The notes under the pieces: model-generated
What the model saw: the letters and a program-made list of their open reading frames with translations, nothing else
Told to the model about the DNA's origin: nothing
Database searches by the model: none
Program-made: the position numbers and the translations under genes
NCBI GenBank assembly: GCA_019828565.1
Contig: JAHDYR010000025.1
Coordinates: 248,001-312,000 of the forward strand
Direction of reading: 5' to 3'
DNA length: 64,000 bases
Source of the DNA: Carpediemonas membranifera BICM
Lineage: Eukaryota; Protista; Fornicata
Part shown: piece after piece, positions 31,777 to 41,900 of the stretch
Layout: each line of letters begins with the position of its first letter
Numbering within the stretch: the stretch's first letter is position 1

Positions 31777-33447
31777 TCAGATTGAATCATGAGCAGCCGC
31801 AGTCCAGATACTAGTCTTGACAGGCTCTGGAATGGTTCCTGGGGTAGACAAAGACCAAGGCCACAAATCCACCGGGATGAGATCGAAACCAGGGTGCGAT
31901 GGGGGTTTGCACTCGACAGCCACGACTGTGCCCCCGCGTCGAGACACCTCAAACCACTGCCCCGAAGAGTTCCGCATAATAGCAACACCGGGGCTGGGGG
32001 AAGAGAAGGATGCTGCCTCAAACGGAACTTCCAGCCAGCGTTCGTGCGCCCACTGCATCGTCCTCCCCTCACTGACCCAGACGACGACGTCGCACTCGCA
32101 GAAAACAGCCTTGACTCTCTCTAAGAGCCTGAGCGGGGTGACCTTGCGTAACACACCGGTCCTACCCCGCCCGGGCAGCACACCGGAGGCAGCAAGAGTG
32201 TGGCTGACCCGGCCAACATACAGCAGCCGGTGGTTGCTTAGGAATGTGTTGAATGATCGACTCCGACTTATGATACGATCGACTGAAAATGGGAGCTCCT
32301 CGAAGCCAGTCATATCGTTCCTGTGCCCGAGTCCCAGCTGGCCGTCGTAGTTGTCACCACTGATCACCTGCTGGTCGCCCATGGAGAGGATGACGGTGTC
32401 GAATGCATGCATGATATGATCTGGGACAAAGCCAGCGGGCACGGCGACTGGGTGGAACCGCCAGCTGTTCGCGCCGACAAACCACATTGCGCAGCTTCCA
32501 CTCATGACAGTCTCGACCGGGGTGAGTATAAACGTTTGCGCTCCTTCCATTGACACGTCAGTCACCATCCTGTGCTTCTCCCAGTCGGTCAGGCTGGCCT
32601 CGAGCTCGGTGACCTTGGGGCAGGCGGTGAAGGTGAGGCGGGTCGGGTCGACGAAGTCAGATGACTTGGACCCCAGTTGACGCATTAAGTTGTATCCCCA
32701 GCCCCACAAACCCTTGGGCGTCCTGGCGATGTGTGTGACCTCGTTGCTGTAGACCTCGAGAGCCCTGGGCATTCTGGCCCTGGTGAGGGCTGCGTGCTTG
32801 GCAGCGTAGAGCATGAAGAGTCGGCCCATGTACATGCGGTGGTGGTAGCAACTGCCTATTCCCGTGAACTGATAGCTCTCGCCGTCCTTCTCGGCGACGT
32901 TCAGTGTGAAGAAGAACTTGCGGCAGAGGAACCAGAGGCACTTGGCCTCGGGAGCGAGAGCGTTGCGGATCTTGTCGTGCATCTCGGTCCCGTCTGGCTC
33001 ATGCTCTTGAGCCTCCTTCGGCACCCTGTCCTCGAGGTCGGGGTTGGCCCCGCCACCCATGAGACACGCCCACACCGCACCCTGGTTGAGCGTGTGCAGG
33101 GCGACCGGGAGCTCCTCGCCATCCGCGAGCTCGAGGTTCATGGACAGCGGGGGGGCGCTGGTGATGATCGATTGGGCGCGGTCGAGGAGGGTTTGCGCGG
33201 ATGGTTCGAGAGGGGGGATCTTGGAGAGCGTGGCGATGAGGGATTCGAGAGAAGTGGTGCTCGCTGGTATCGTGATGCTCTTTAAGTTCTTGATCGGTGG
33301 TATTTGCTCGTCGAAGTGTCTGGAGTAGGCATGTTCGAGCAACGAGGGGATGTCCCCGGGGATGGAGGCCGTTACAGAGAGCGAAAGACTGATTGCAGAG
33401 ATAAGTGCGTCTCTAACAGCAACTAGCGCGGAATCAGCGCTGCTCAT
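31777..33447 (-). CDS. Lineage-specific RCC1-like repeat family, copy B
   Basis: LSMNLEL..LHTLNQGAVWACLMGGGANPDLE..WFLCRKFFFTLNVAEKDG; LWGWGYN..QLG; SGDNYDGQLGLGH. Confidence 0.85.
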   Translation of the reverse strand: MSSADSALVAVRDALISAISLSLSVTASIPGDIPSLLEHAYSRHFDEQIPPIKNLKSITIPASTTSLESLIATLSKIPPLEPSAQTLLDRAQSIITSAPPLSMNLELADGEELPVALHTLNQGAVWACLMGGGANPDLEDRVPKEAQEHEPDGTEMHDKIRNALAPEAKCLWFLCRKFFFTLNVAEKDGESYQFTGIGSCYHHRMYMGRLFMLYAAKHAALTRARMPRALEVYSNEVTHIARTPKGLWGWGYNLMRQLGSKSSDFVDPTRLTFTACPKVTELEASLTDWEKHRMVTDVSMEGAQTFILTPVETVMSGSCAMWFVGANSWRFHPVAVPAGFVPDHIMHAFDTVILSMGDQQVISGDNYDGQLGLGHRNDMTGFEELPFSVDRIISRSRSFNTFLSNHRLLYVGRVSHTLAASGVLPGRGRTGVLRKVTPLRLLERVKAVFCECDVVVWVSEGRTMQWAHERWLEVPFEAASFSSPSPGVAIMRNSSGQWFEVSRRGGTVVAVECKPPSHPGFDLIPVDLWPWSLSTPGTIPEPVKTSIWTAAAHDSI

Positions 33448-33617
33448 TGCTTTCAGGGCTCGTTTTGGTCGATGCCAAAACTATGACTTTCGATCTCGCG
33501 GTCGCCCTTGCTGAGAGACCGCCGGCCAGGCAGGCGCTGGAACCGATGAGCGTTCCATGGCGGCGTGTGATCCGCATGTTCGCCACCCAACAGATCGAAA
33601 ATTGTGTTTAATGCTTC

Positions 33618-36600
33618 TTAACCGGAAAGGATACCTTCGAGCTTTGTATCATAGGGAGCTCCGAGCTGCCTCAGCTTCTGAGAGGCCTCGGTCAGCGCGG
33701 CCTGCCCGTCCTGGCTCTGCTGGCACTGGAAGAGGACGGCCCGCATCCCCGCGGACAGTTCCGGGTCATACGGCTTCGTGTCAGACGTGCCGTACGCCTT
33801 GACGAACAGCTCGACGACCTTGGCGAGGGCCTGCGGGGTCCCGACTACGGCGGGCTCGTTGTTGTTGACGAGCTCAAGCAGCAGCTTGTTGGCGTACGCG
33901 ATCTCCTCGTCATCCTTCGTGAGCGGCAGGGCGTCGAACCAGCCCGCCAGCAGCTGCGACCGGTCGAAGAGTCCGTTGATGCTCGACAGCTCCTGGGAGC
34001 ACGCGATGCGGGCGATGCAGTTATACGCGTTGTCGTTGACCACCGCCTCACGGGCGCCGGTGTTGATTTGCGCCAGGCAGGCGTTGATGAGGTCGCTGCA
34101 CACGTCGACAACATATCGGGGCAGGTGCGTCGCCGCGAGACCGAGCAGGGAGAACGCGAGCTGCTTGAGGTTGGCCTTGCTCGTGTGGTCGTTGACCTTC
34201 TCGAGGGCGAAACGGATGGCGTTGCTGGCATGCCCGAGGGCGTTCTTATCGGTGTTGGCGTACTGGATCAGCGCCGAGCAGACGACGAGCCCGCTGGTCT
34301 GCATGTTCGACGAGTGGGCGAACCACTGTTTGAGGTGGTTGTCCAGGTATGTGTGGAAACGCTTGTTTGGCTTGAGCTTCGACCCGGAGGGGATCTTGAC
34401 CTGCATCACGTCCGTGCCAAAGTGCTCAAACAGCGCCATGTAAAGCGCCGCAACCTCAGCCACGAGGGAGTCGACCTCCTCCTGGACCTGCTCGAGCTGC
34501 TCCGCTTGGTCGGCCTGATCGTATAGCTCGCCGCGGTCGACGTCCTGGGCCTCCTGGAGGAGGATGCGGCAGAGGCTGTTGCATTCCTCGCCGACAGAGC
34601 AGAGCATCGGCAGTGCGTTCTTGACAACGTCGAGGTCGTGACCCTTGTTGACGATGCGCACAAGGCCCGAGATCTGCGCCTCGATGGCCTCCATCATGCT
34701 TTCGTCGTTGAACATCTCCACGATACCGTCGAGGCAGTGCTTCAGGGCCGCCGAGACGTCTTGGCCGGTGTGTTTGTTGACGAAGCAGAGTACGACGCCG
34801 ATGGCCGACACGAGAGTGGCAGCCTCGGCGCGGGCTTCGTCAGAGTGCAGGTAGCCGCTCTTCTCCTCGGCGATGGACATGGCCTGCTCCGTGTAGCCCA
34901 TGCAGGCGGCGGGGCACTGCCTGAAGATGATGCCGATCGCCCGCATGGCGGAGACGATGTCGTCGATGATGGCAGAGGGAGAGTAGTATCTCTCACCACC
35001 GATCTCGATGATGTCGTTCTCCTCGGCCCCGGGCGGGATGGTCGTCGTCAGTTGGGCCGACTGCACGGCAGTCTGAAGGAGCTGCGGCATGACCTTCGGG
35101 ACGAAGTCGCTGAAGCCCTCCTTGAGAGCCCTGGCGAGCCCGCTGAACCCGCTGTGGAAGTACTGGGTGATGTCGTCGGACCCGTCTCCCGTGGCGACGA
35201 GCAGGCCTTGTTCGGATTGCTGCATCAGCACGGCCATCACTGCCTGGGCGTCGGCGAGGAAGCGCTCGCGGCCGGCGGTGAGGCCGATGTTGGTGATGGT
35301 GGTGATGGCGCGGGCCCGGATGGCGGCGTCCTCGGGGGCGGTAGAGACCGTGAGCACGTTGATCAGACCGGGCATGAAGCTGGCGTAGTAGGCGCGGAAC
35401 TCGTCGCTGGCGCACACGGCGACGTCGCCGACGGTGGAGAGCGCCTGCATACGGCAGAGGCGGCGGGCCGAACCGAGCATGTTGGCGAGGTTCTCGAGGA
35501 TGCGGGGCAGGAAGGGCTTGAGCACCTCGGCATCGGAGTCGAGGCAGAAGTTCGAGATGGCGGCGATGGCGTGTGCCTTAACGCGGTCGGTCTCCTCGGG
35601 GTTGGAGACCATCTGGATGAACATCTCGAGGACGCGGCCGGTGAACTCAGGAGAGTGCATGATGTCGGGAAGGTCCGATGCCATGTGGCCGAGCGAGTTC
35701 ATGCAGGCCCAACGGACACGGGGGTGGGGGTCCTTACGGGCTGCGTCGATCATGCCGATGAGCTGCTCAACGTGCTCGGGCGTGATGACGCGCTCCATAC
35801 CCTCAGCGACGATTCCGACCGTCATAATGCCGGCGTGGCGGTACTTCCAGTCGTCGTTGTGGCTGAACTGAGGTAGGACGTCGAACAGCACGGGAAGGAG
35901 AAGCTGGCCGCCGATGGCAATGGCCACAGAGTCGACAGCGGTCTCGGCCATCTCGATGGGGGAGCCTTGCTCGAAGCCCTCGTCCATCTGGTCGGGGTCG
36001 TCGGTGGTCAGCCAGCCGTCGATATCGTCGTCCAGCTCGGTCATGAACGTCATGAGCGTTGGGAAGAACGTCTGCACGAAGTTGGGAACCTCGCGCATCA
36101 TGCGGGGAGCGCTGGTGCAGAGGGCCACACCGAGCTCGACAGCGCCGGACCGGATCTCCTGGATGACGTCGGGGGTCGTGATGATCTGCAGGATCATGTT
36201 GGCGACGTCGGCCGCGTGGGAGCGGTATATGAGGGGTTGGGACGACCCGAGCTCGACCATGTGGTTCAGGATCTCGCGGGAGCGGTACTCGTCGCCGCTG
36301 CCGATGAAGCCGCCGAGAGCGGAGGCCATGGGAGGGATGAGAACGGTGTACCGCTCTACGTGCTCCTCCTCGACGGTCTCGATGATGTTCTGGGTAGCCA
36401 GAGATGCGTTGAGGCGCACATCGCCGTCAGGATGCTGCACACCCGACGAAAGGGCATGGATGAGGCCGGCGTGGTACTCGGGGCCGCGGTTGCTCGAGAG
36501 GATGTGGTGGAAGTAATACTGGAGCTTCGCAGTGACGATGAGCGCGGTCTCGGTGATGGGGGCGGACGTGGCGTTCATCGCCTCGAGCACACTCATGATG

Positions 36601-37016
36601 GTAACGACGCTGTTGACGAGGATGGTGGACTCGATGCCGTCGATAGAGATGGCCAGGTTGACGCATGAAATGTACAGCTCGGCGATGGGCTTGGCGAACA
36701 CGTGGTCAAGGGCACCGGAGTTGAGCACCTCGACGAGGAACGTCATGATCTTCTCGATCATCGGACGCATGCGGTCCTTCTCGTTGGCGAGCTCGGCACC
36801 CTCCCAGTTCTTCCTGCTAAGGTTGCCAAGGAGACGACGAAGATGGACAAGGACAAGGCGACGAACATTCAGATCGCCGTCGGACAAAAGCATCACGAGT
36901 GCTTCGACGAACTGAAGGGGAGCAACTTGAGAAAGCTGACGCTCGGCCTCACCAACCTTGTTTCCATCCAAGGTATCCAGGAGCAGCGCTCTAACCTGAG
37001 CAGCGACCGAGTCCAT
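33618..37016 (-). CDS. IPO5: Importin-5 / karyopherin beta-3 (Pse1-like)
   Basis: About 1130 aa of HEAT repeats; DWKYRHAGIM..AEG, DPHPRVRWACMNSLGHMASD, RVKAHA.AA..NF. Confidence 0.85.
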   Translation of the reverse strand: MDSVAAQVRALLLDTLDGNKVGEAERQLSQVAPLQFVEALVMLLSDGDLNVRRLVLVHLRRLLGNLSRKNWEGAELANEKDRMRPMIEKIMTFLVEVLNSGALDHVFAKPIAELYISCVNLAISIDGIESTILVNSVVTIMSVLEAMNATSAPITETALIVTAKLQYYFHHILSSNRGPEYHAGLIHALSSGVQHPDGDVRLNASLATQNIIETVEEEHVERYTVLIPPMASALGGFIGSGDEYRSREILNHMVELGSSQPLIYRSHAADVANMILQIITTPDVIQEIRSGAVELGVALCTSAPRMMREVPNFVQTFFPTLMTFMTELDDDIDGWLTTDDPDQMDEGFEQGSPIEMAETAVDSVAIAIGGQLLLPVLFDVLPQFSHNDDWKYRHAGIMTVGIVAEGMERVITPEHVEQLIGMIDAARKDPHPRVRWACMNSLGHMASDLPDIMHSPEFTGRVLEMFIQMVSNPEETDRVKAHAIAAISNFCLDSDAEVLKPFLPRILENLANMLGSARRLCRMQALSTVGDVAVCASDEFRAYYASFMPGLINVLTVSTAPEDAAIRARAITTITNIGLTAGRERFLADAQAVMAVLMQQSEQGLLVATGDGSDDITQYFHSGFSGLARALKEGFSDFVPKVMPQLLQTAVQSAQLTTTIPPGAEENDIIEIGGERYYSPSAIIDDIVSAMRAIGIIFRQCPAACMGYTEQAMSIAEEKSGYLHSDEARAEAATLVSAIGVVLCFVNKHTGQDVSAALKHCLDGIVEMFNDESMMEAIEAQISGLVRIVNKGHDLDVVKNALPMLCSVGEECNSLCRILLQEAQDVDRGELYDQADQAEQLEQVQEEVDSLVAEVAALYMALFEHFGTDVMQVKIPSGSKLKPNKRFHTYLDNHLKQWFAHSSNMQTSGLVVCSALIQYANTDKNALGHASNAIRFALEKVNDHTSKANLKQLAFSLLGLAATHLPRYVVDVCSDLINACLAQINTGAREAVVNDNAYNCIARIACSQELSSINGLFDRSQLLAGWFDALPLTKDDEEIAYANKLLLELVNNNEPAVVGTPQALAKVVELFVKAYGTSDTKPYDPELSAGMRAVLFQCQQSQDGQAALTEASQKLRQLGAPYDTKLEGILSG

Positions 37017-37241
37017 AGACAATGCGGGCTTCACTTATTTTTTATTGGTCAGATTTGACACATTTTGACGGAAAGCAGTATCCAGAAGCGCCCTGTAACG
37101 CTACAGTCCCAGCACAGCTGCTGCATCATATTGCCATGAATACCGTTGCACTCTACTGGTCGACTCGGAGTGACTGGAGCTACAGTGACTCAATCGATGG
37201 TCCACACAGCAATAAGAGATATTTACCCAGATAACGCTACC

Positions 37242-39091
37242 TTAAGCGAAGAATGTCTCCTGAATGACCAGGAAGCACGAGAATACGAAGCAGGCCGACC
37301 CGACGACGATGACGATGACGGGGAACGGCGGGAACGAGTACCACGAGCCGTACGGTGTCATCAGCGAGCGCTGGACCTCCTCGCTGGACCCCTCCCCGGC
37401 CAGGTGAGGCTCACGGGCGAGGAGCTTCTTGACCTGCCACCAGCTCTTCAGCTGGACGAGGGCTGGTGCGAAGAACATGATGAGGAAAGCGGCCAGACCC
37501 CCAAACTGCACCACAACGGTCGCCTTGCGGACAAAGACGGCGCCAATGAGCGGGGGGACGACTGCGACGAGCCTGCACGCGATACGCACGACCTTGTGGT
37601 GCTTGCCGAGGAATTTGTCGGGCATACGCCACTTGAGGGGAATGGCCTCGGCGATGTTGTTGCCGAGAGTCACGCCATTGAGTGGGAACGCGGACAGCAG
37701 GTCGATCGGGGGGAACAGGATGACAAGATATGAGATAATCACCGCATACCACACGCGGGACGACCGTTCGGCCGTGTAGTCCATCCACTGCAAGGAGACG
37801 ATGCCCTTGACCTCGTCGCCGAAGTACAGCGTGGCGACGACACCAATGAGGACGTACAGGACGCAGGTGGTCCCGATGGCACCGAAGAAGACCTTCTTGG
37901 AGTCCCGCTTGTCGTGAAGCATCGCCATGAGCGGCGTCGTGCTGTGGTGGAACAGCTGGGCGAAGAGAGTGGTCGAGAACACCTGCCCAATGCCGGCCCA
38001 GTTGAACAAGGGCGGGTGGACAACGGTGTAAGGGAAGTCGGCCCGGGAGATGGCGGGATCGTACGGCTTGCGGAGGATGGCGACGCCCATCGTGACGAGC
38101 ATGACGGCAATGGCGAAGAACCTGAAGAGCGTGAGCGCGACCTGGACCACGACCTGCTCCTTCATCTCGGTGCATGACATGGGGACGACGACGAGGGCGA
38201 AGAGGGCGAGGAACAGCCAGTACGAGGCCGTGCACTTTAAGGGCAGATCAGTGGCGTACATGTCACACTCCCCGACCACCGTGACCCAGGGGATCGGGAT
38301 GGCGAGTGACCCGGAGGCGGCGAATATGCCAGCGTACGTCCAGAGGGCCGAGAGCAGGTAGAGGTAGAGGCACACCTCGTAGACACGCTCACCGACTGGC
38401 CCGAAGAAGATCTTGACGAGTTGGTTGCCCTCGTAGCACGCGTCGATGGTGAAGGGGATGTGGTGGAAGGGCGGGGCAGTCTCGGCCATCTCGATGTCGC
38501 TGGTGGCAGGCGACAGGGTCACGGGCGAGGACATCGTCGAGAGCAGCATCGCCTCTGAGTGCGTGCGGCTGATGGGCGCGGAGATGAAGCCGTGCTCGGC
38601 GCTGAGGTTGTCGCGGGTCAGCTCGGGCAGGGGCTGTTCAGTCTCGGTCTCGGTGTCGGTGTCGGCCTCGGTAGTGTGGGCCGGGTGCCCCTCGTCGGAC
38701 CCGGCGTCGGAGTGGACCGAGGCGTCAGGCTTGGTGGTCGTAGCCGTGGTGTCCTCCGTGGCATCGTCGTTGACTGGCGGGGGCGCAGAATGGCACTCGA
38801 CCTCTGGGTAGGGCGGCAGGTCCTGGTGGTGCGCATGTTTCTCGAGGGGAAGCGCACGGGTGAGTTCGGAAGCGCGCCCGGACGATTCCACCTGCCACAT
38901 GGCAGTGATCGCGGCAAGAAGAGATGCTACAAGCCTGAATAATGGCGGTAAATGGGTCCTTACATGAAAATAACCGACAGAACTATGCCACCGGCAGCAG
39001 TTGCAGCGGGGATGGAGAGAATACCGGCCCCAAGGATGTAGTTGATGGTGAAAGCGTATGTGAAGGCCGTAGAGGCCTTAGAACCATGCAT
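37242..39091 (-). CDS. Amino-acid transporter, TMEM104/SLC38-like (intron 38935-38963)
   Basis: First exon FTINYILGAGILSIP (Aa_trans TM1) splices in frame to ORF 37242-38900; about 11 TM helices; FAQLFHHS and FPLNGVTLGNN. Confidence 0.88.
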
Positions 39092-40378
39092 TGAGAAGCG
39101 CATAAGCAACAGAGAAGGATTTCAGCTCACCACTTTCTCACTGTGCAAAGAAAAACGCGATGTGCGAGAGAGTCAAATCTGTTTTTCTCGGACGCTCGTA
39201 AAAGGGCCCGAGAAGCATTGGAGCTCAGAACTAAGAATCCGGGGCCGGTATTGAGCCTGGTGCAGAGCAAGATCGACACTAGAATCGCGGATCGGGCTCC
39301 CGTGAAGGATGGTTTCGTAAACTTCTTTCACACGAATTCAAGGCTGATCTCGGCAGAATCATCTGGATGTGTGGCAGGAATATCGTGAGCGGTGGGGTGA
39401 TGGCGCTCTGTTGGTCCAGTGCCACGAGATGAGGGGTTGAGATGCTGGCAACTGATCCCATGGCCGGCTGATACGATTCGATAAAATCTAACCGTATTCA
39501 CCTCCTTGGAGTGCCCAAGGCACCCTGGTACAATCAGTGCCATGCCCTGAGGGATGGGGCAGGCTCCCTGGGGAAGGGGGGTTGACTGCGTCACGGCATT
39601 TCTCCGATCTCTTGTGTACGTAGGTTAAGGCACCTGTAGCCGTATCCCAGGGCTGCTGACGGGGCCACTGGCTCGTTGCTGTTGTCATGACACTGTGTGG
39701 TCTGACTGGTATCCCAGATCTGACGTATATTGAATATGATAAGCGACTACAAATCGTAGTAGTTACGCTGGCCCGCCCGTACAGCTTGCTCTGTGTCGTA
39801 TCTACGCCAGTATGTGTTCCATCCCGGATTCGACACCAATGTCGGACGGTGGGATCCGAGGCCGGTGAGGCTTCCTTTCGTCGGGGCGGGGGATCTCCGT
39901 GAAATGGAGGGGCTCCAAGCTACTGCCATTCTAGCGAAATAGCAGGGTTTTGTCGATAATTTTCTGTTGTTTGGCGGTGATTTGTGTCCGCTGTTGTGTT
40001 ATGTGATTTGTAGTGAGTTTGTCAGAGCGCAACGCCGATGCTTGTTCACAAACAGTGCATTTCGGTGTTCTCTGCATCATTCATTCGCTTGTTGTGCTTC
40101 ATGTTCACCCTTCATTCCCCTCCTGTACCCAGCATGTTTGAGACTCTCGCCGGGATCGCCTTTGGGCTGTTGACCACTTCAAAATCTGTTTCTAGATCGC
40201 CTGCCACGCGTGACTGAGTCACCTTTGGATGGATTCGGGTCATGTCCAGAGGATGCTCCAGATGAGCGTCGTTCAAACCGCATTGTCCAAATGGCCAACG
40301 GCGCGCTTTATAAATGGAGGGGCGCAGCCAAGAACGCATGGAGCCCATGTAGGGAAGCACAAGACACCCGCCAGACGG

Positions 40379-41704
40379 TCACCGGTCGGCCTTGACCCTC
40401 CTGTCGACAGGTACCTGAAGGATGCCGAATGTCCTCGACGCGCTGAGGTTGATCTGAAGCAAGACGCCGTGGTTCGTCCCCACCGCCGTCGACGAGCAGG
40501 ACCACAGTATGAGGATCAGCTGCAGCAGGGCGACCTCGAGCACGGAGCGGGACCCCCCACGGGAGGCAACGAGCACGCGGTTAAGCTCCTCGGCGAGCTG
40601 CTCAGCGACCTCCGCGATCGACGTGTGGACGCCAGGCACGGGGATGAGCTGGGCGACGTACCTGTTGAAGTCATCCTCGAACTCGGGCACGAGGCTCTCA
40701 CGGAGATCCCCCGCGGCGTATGCGAAGGCCTGCTCGCGGGTGCCGTGCTCGGCCAGCAGCAGGAACTGCGCGGTTGTCACTAGACGCCGAAGCTTGCGTC
40801 CATCCACTTCGCCGATGGACTCGAGAACGTCCGTGGACGCCTGGAGGAGCTGGCCGACGTCCACCATCGCCCTGATGCCCGCCCGAGCCTCTATGGTGTC
40901 ATTCATCGCCCTCAGAGACTGGCCAAGCGGTGGGAACCGGCTCTCTGCGTCCGCCACCGACTCTGGCACGCCGCCGTACACCCGTGTGGCGAGTGCGGCC
41001 GCGGACTTCGGCATTCCCCTGTACATGAGGTGGGAGAGCACCATCTGCTTCGTGAAGTGTGCCTTGTTCGTCGCAGTGTTGGCGCCACCGCGAGAGGAGG
41101 GCGGGAGGACGTTGACGGCGTTGATCCTCGTCCTCAGCGTGTGAATGGTGTCCTGCACCTCGGAATCGAAGTCAAAGACGAAGCCGGTCTTCCCGAAGTT
41201 CACATCGACTGCAACGTTCAATGAACGCGTGCCGACACATGGGAAGCACGGACCTTTGAAATACGCGCCAAAGTCCATGGCCAGCGGGTCCGCAACCTTG
41301 GAGCCGTTCACAGTGAACTGAATAGTGCCCAGGGCGAAGTTGACCAGCAGTCCTACGATGTCGCCGGCCCTGTACGGCTGCCCTAGATGGCGGTGGGTCT
41401 CCCCAGAGCCCATGAAGAGCGAGCCGTCGTCCGAGTGGAAGCCTACAGAACGCGGCTCCCATCCAGGAAGCTTGTTCTTGTGCGTTGACCGGGCGCACAG
41501 TCCGACGCCGATGAAGCCGTCCTGCCCTTGCTCGCGGATGGTCACTTCGAAGTAGTAGATACCGACCATGGAGGGGATCGGGTTGTCCGATCGGACAATG
41601 CATGCGTCGCTATCACCTTCCGCAGGGAATACATACACGCAAGAGAGGCCAGTCTTGTCAATTCGCCATTTGGGATCGGTCTTCATGTCATCTTGCTCGA
41701 TCAT
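40379..41704 (-). CDS. RanBP9/Gid1-like SPRY-LisH-CTLH protein
   Basis: RSDNPIPSMVGIYYFEVTI...GFIGVGL...LPGWEPRSVGFHSDDG; LisH-like QMVLSHLMYRGMPKSAAALA. Upstream ATGs at 41794 and 41779 are possible. Confidence 0.88.
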   Translation of the reverse strand: MIEQDDMKTDPKWRIDKTGLSCVYVFPAEGDSDACIVRSDNPIPSMVGIYYFEVTIREQGQDGFIGVGLCARSTHKNKLPGWEPRSVGFHSDDGSLFMGSGETHRHLGQPYRAGDIVGLLVNFALGTIQFTVNGSKVADPLAMDFGAYFKGPCFPCVGTRSLNVAVDVNFGKTGFVFDFDSEVQDTIHTLRTRINAVNVLPPSSRGGANTATNKAHFTKQMVLSHLMYRGMPKSAAALATRVYGGVPESVADAESRFPPLGQSLRAMNDTIEARAGIRAMVDVGQLLQASTDVLESIGEVDGRKLRRLVTTAQFLLLAEHGTREQAFAYAAGDLRESLVPEFEDDFNRYVAQLIPVPGVHTSIAEVAEQLAEELNRVLVASRGGSRSVLEVALLQLILILWSCSSTAVGTNHGVLLQINLSASRTFGILQVPVDRRVKADR

Positions 41705-41900
41705 CCGCGACGGAAGCGAGTAGCTGTGACTAGTAGCCCTAATGTAGCGGCTTACGAGCAAGAAGCGACTTTGGTTCATCTCCGAGCCCGCCATTCCACA
41801 GTGCTCCCTTTTCGCACTTTACGCAAAACTGCGAACTTCATCCGCGGCGTCACCCAAGTCGTTTATTGTTTGAGTTTTTAAGGGGTTATATACATACAGC

